From NCBI GenBank assembly GCA_964035545.1, contig OZ037766.1:4888722-4952721 (forward strand): DNA of 64,000 nt. The letters run 5' to 3'. The notes under the pieces were generated by a model that saw only the letters and a list, made by a program, of their open reading frames with translations, had not been told where the DNA came from and searched no databases. The stretch comes from Bugula neritina (lineage: Eukaryota > Animalia > Bryozoa). Made by a program: the position numbers and the translations under genes. Below, one piece after another: positions 62,753 to 64,000 of this stretch. Each line of letters opens with the position of its first letter. Positions within the stretch are counted from its first letter, which is position 1.

Positions 62753-63535
62753 TGTAACTGCCCTCCTAGTTTGCTATGAAAGTTCCATACGGGTGTATGT
62801 TTTAGTGTAGATAGTTTATTGATTTACACTGTTCACACCATTTACACCTTTTACACCGTGAAACTACAATTTTCACAAAACAAAATGATTAAAATATGAT
62901 AGAATAAGAGCAAATTAAACACAGAAAAGTACATAAAAGAATTTGATAAATTGCTTGTTTTATAATTATTAAAATATTCAAAGTAACAGTATAAATCAAC
63001 AAAGTTATAATATATAAAAGCATACCTCTTTCACCCTTTCTAGGAGAGAGTTAGTAGTATAAAGAAAGCAACATTTTATACCGTGTGTTTGTAAAAATAG
63101 CTATAATATTATGTGAGAGTAGATGAGAATGGAACCTTGACGCTTGAGGGTTCTTACGATAATGTCCTGGCTAAATGTATTTTAACTGTTTTTGTCGGCA
63201 TGTGTAAAGCTAGTGCACTCAGTTTCTTAGTCATGGTTTTTTGAGTGCAGCCAGTGCAAAATAAAACTTGCAATGCACCGAGTGATACTAAAATGGTCTT
63301 GAAGATAAAAAAAAACAGTGACAAACAAGTGCTAAAGAGTACACTAAGGATGGGTGATTCATCGCTGTTGGAATATGTGACAACACAAACGCAGTGTGGC
63401 AATGTCGGTAAATGCTAAATTGCTAATTGATATATATTATGACAGTTATGAACAAATTGGCAGCAGAGTGTCAGTAAGCAAACTAAATAAAACCAAATTT
63501 ATGAAATTTTACTATTTATTATAAAGGACACTACA
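62753..63535 (-). repeat. 5' LTR of the intact BEL/Pao element
   Basis: Direct repeat of 54748-55530; sense-strand AATAAA at 62819-62814. Confidence 0.97.
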
Positions 63536-64000
63536 TGTAGCAATGACATTGAATTTCAGAAATACTTTTATTCCCATGCTTATGCTTATACTGTTCATAC
63601 ACACAACATTGATTTCCATAATTTAATAAATATATAGGCCTATCCCACAAAATTACTTTGCCTAGTTTTTAAAAAAAATATTATTTTAACAAAACAGATG
63701 GCACTTTTTACTTGGCCAACAGTTAAGACTGAGATCTTATTATTTTCCGTCAACTGCTCTACAAAGTTTACAATAATTATGTTAAAAAACTGAAACATAT
63801 ATATTACACAATAAAGGGCAAAGTGAAATAATGTTTACTTCTATAAGTATACCTCAAAACAGTTCTGCTGTGTTTAGTATAGAAATATTGATCAAAACTG
63901 GTGGAGTAATTGTTATTTAACGTGACAATCTAAAAGACTTTGAGTTCTACAGAGAGGTTGTTAACAGCTCTGACTGGCATGTCTTTTACTTCTTTATTTT

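Larger units (their letters stand above)
54748..63535 (-). mobile_element. Full-length BEL/Pao LTR retrotransposon, recent insertion
   Basis: 783-bp LTRs at 54748-55530 and 62753-63535 (TG...CA, no differences seen by eye). 5-bp TSD TGTAG at 54743-54747 and 63536-63540. PPT AGGTGGGAG. Single gag-pol ORF. Confidence 0.97.

Overview
AT-rich, intron-rich animal (probably invertebrate) genomic DNA. From left to right: (1) low-complexity and inverted-repeat intergenic DNA; (2) a 21-exon mitochondrial isoleucyl-tRNA synthetase gene (IARS2, +, 4392-20727) whose 5.2-kb third intron holds a complete 5-exon antisense gene for an uncharacterised 348-aa protein with an RFX X-box-like motif upstream; (3) about 13 kb of decayed repeats, including LINE reverse-transcriptase remnants; (4) a 6-exon SLC25 mitochondrial carrier (UCP/ucpB-like, -) with a probable GC-AG intron; (5) an internally deleted BEL/Pao LTR retrotransposon (-); (6) a membrane-anchored M12B metalloprotease gene with Cys repeats, SEA and EGF domains (+); (7) an intact BEL/Pao element with apparently identical 783-bp LTRs and a TGTAG target-site duplication (-). 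Main finding: neither BEL/Pao element has a tRNA-type (TGG) primer-binding site. In both, the 11 nt just after the 5' LTR are complementary to a sequence created only when a conserved 14-nt micro-exon inside the LTR is spliced to the next LTR exon, and one base pair differs compensatorily between the two families. This suggests splicing-dependent, Tf1-like self-priming of reverse transcription. All gene models were built by hand from splice signals and reading-frame continuity.
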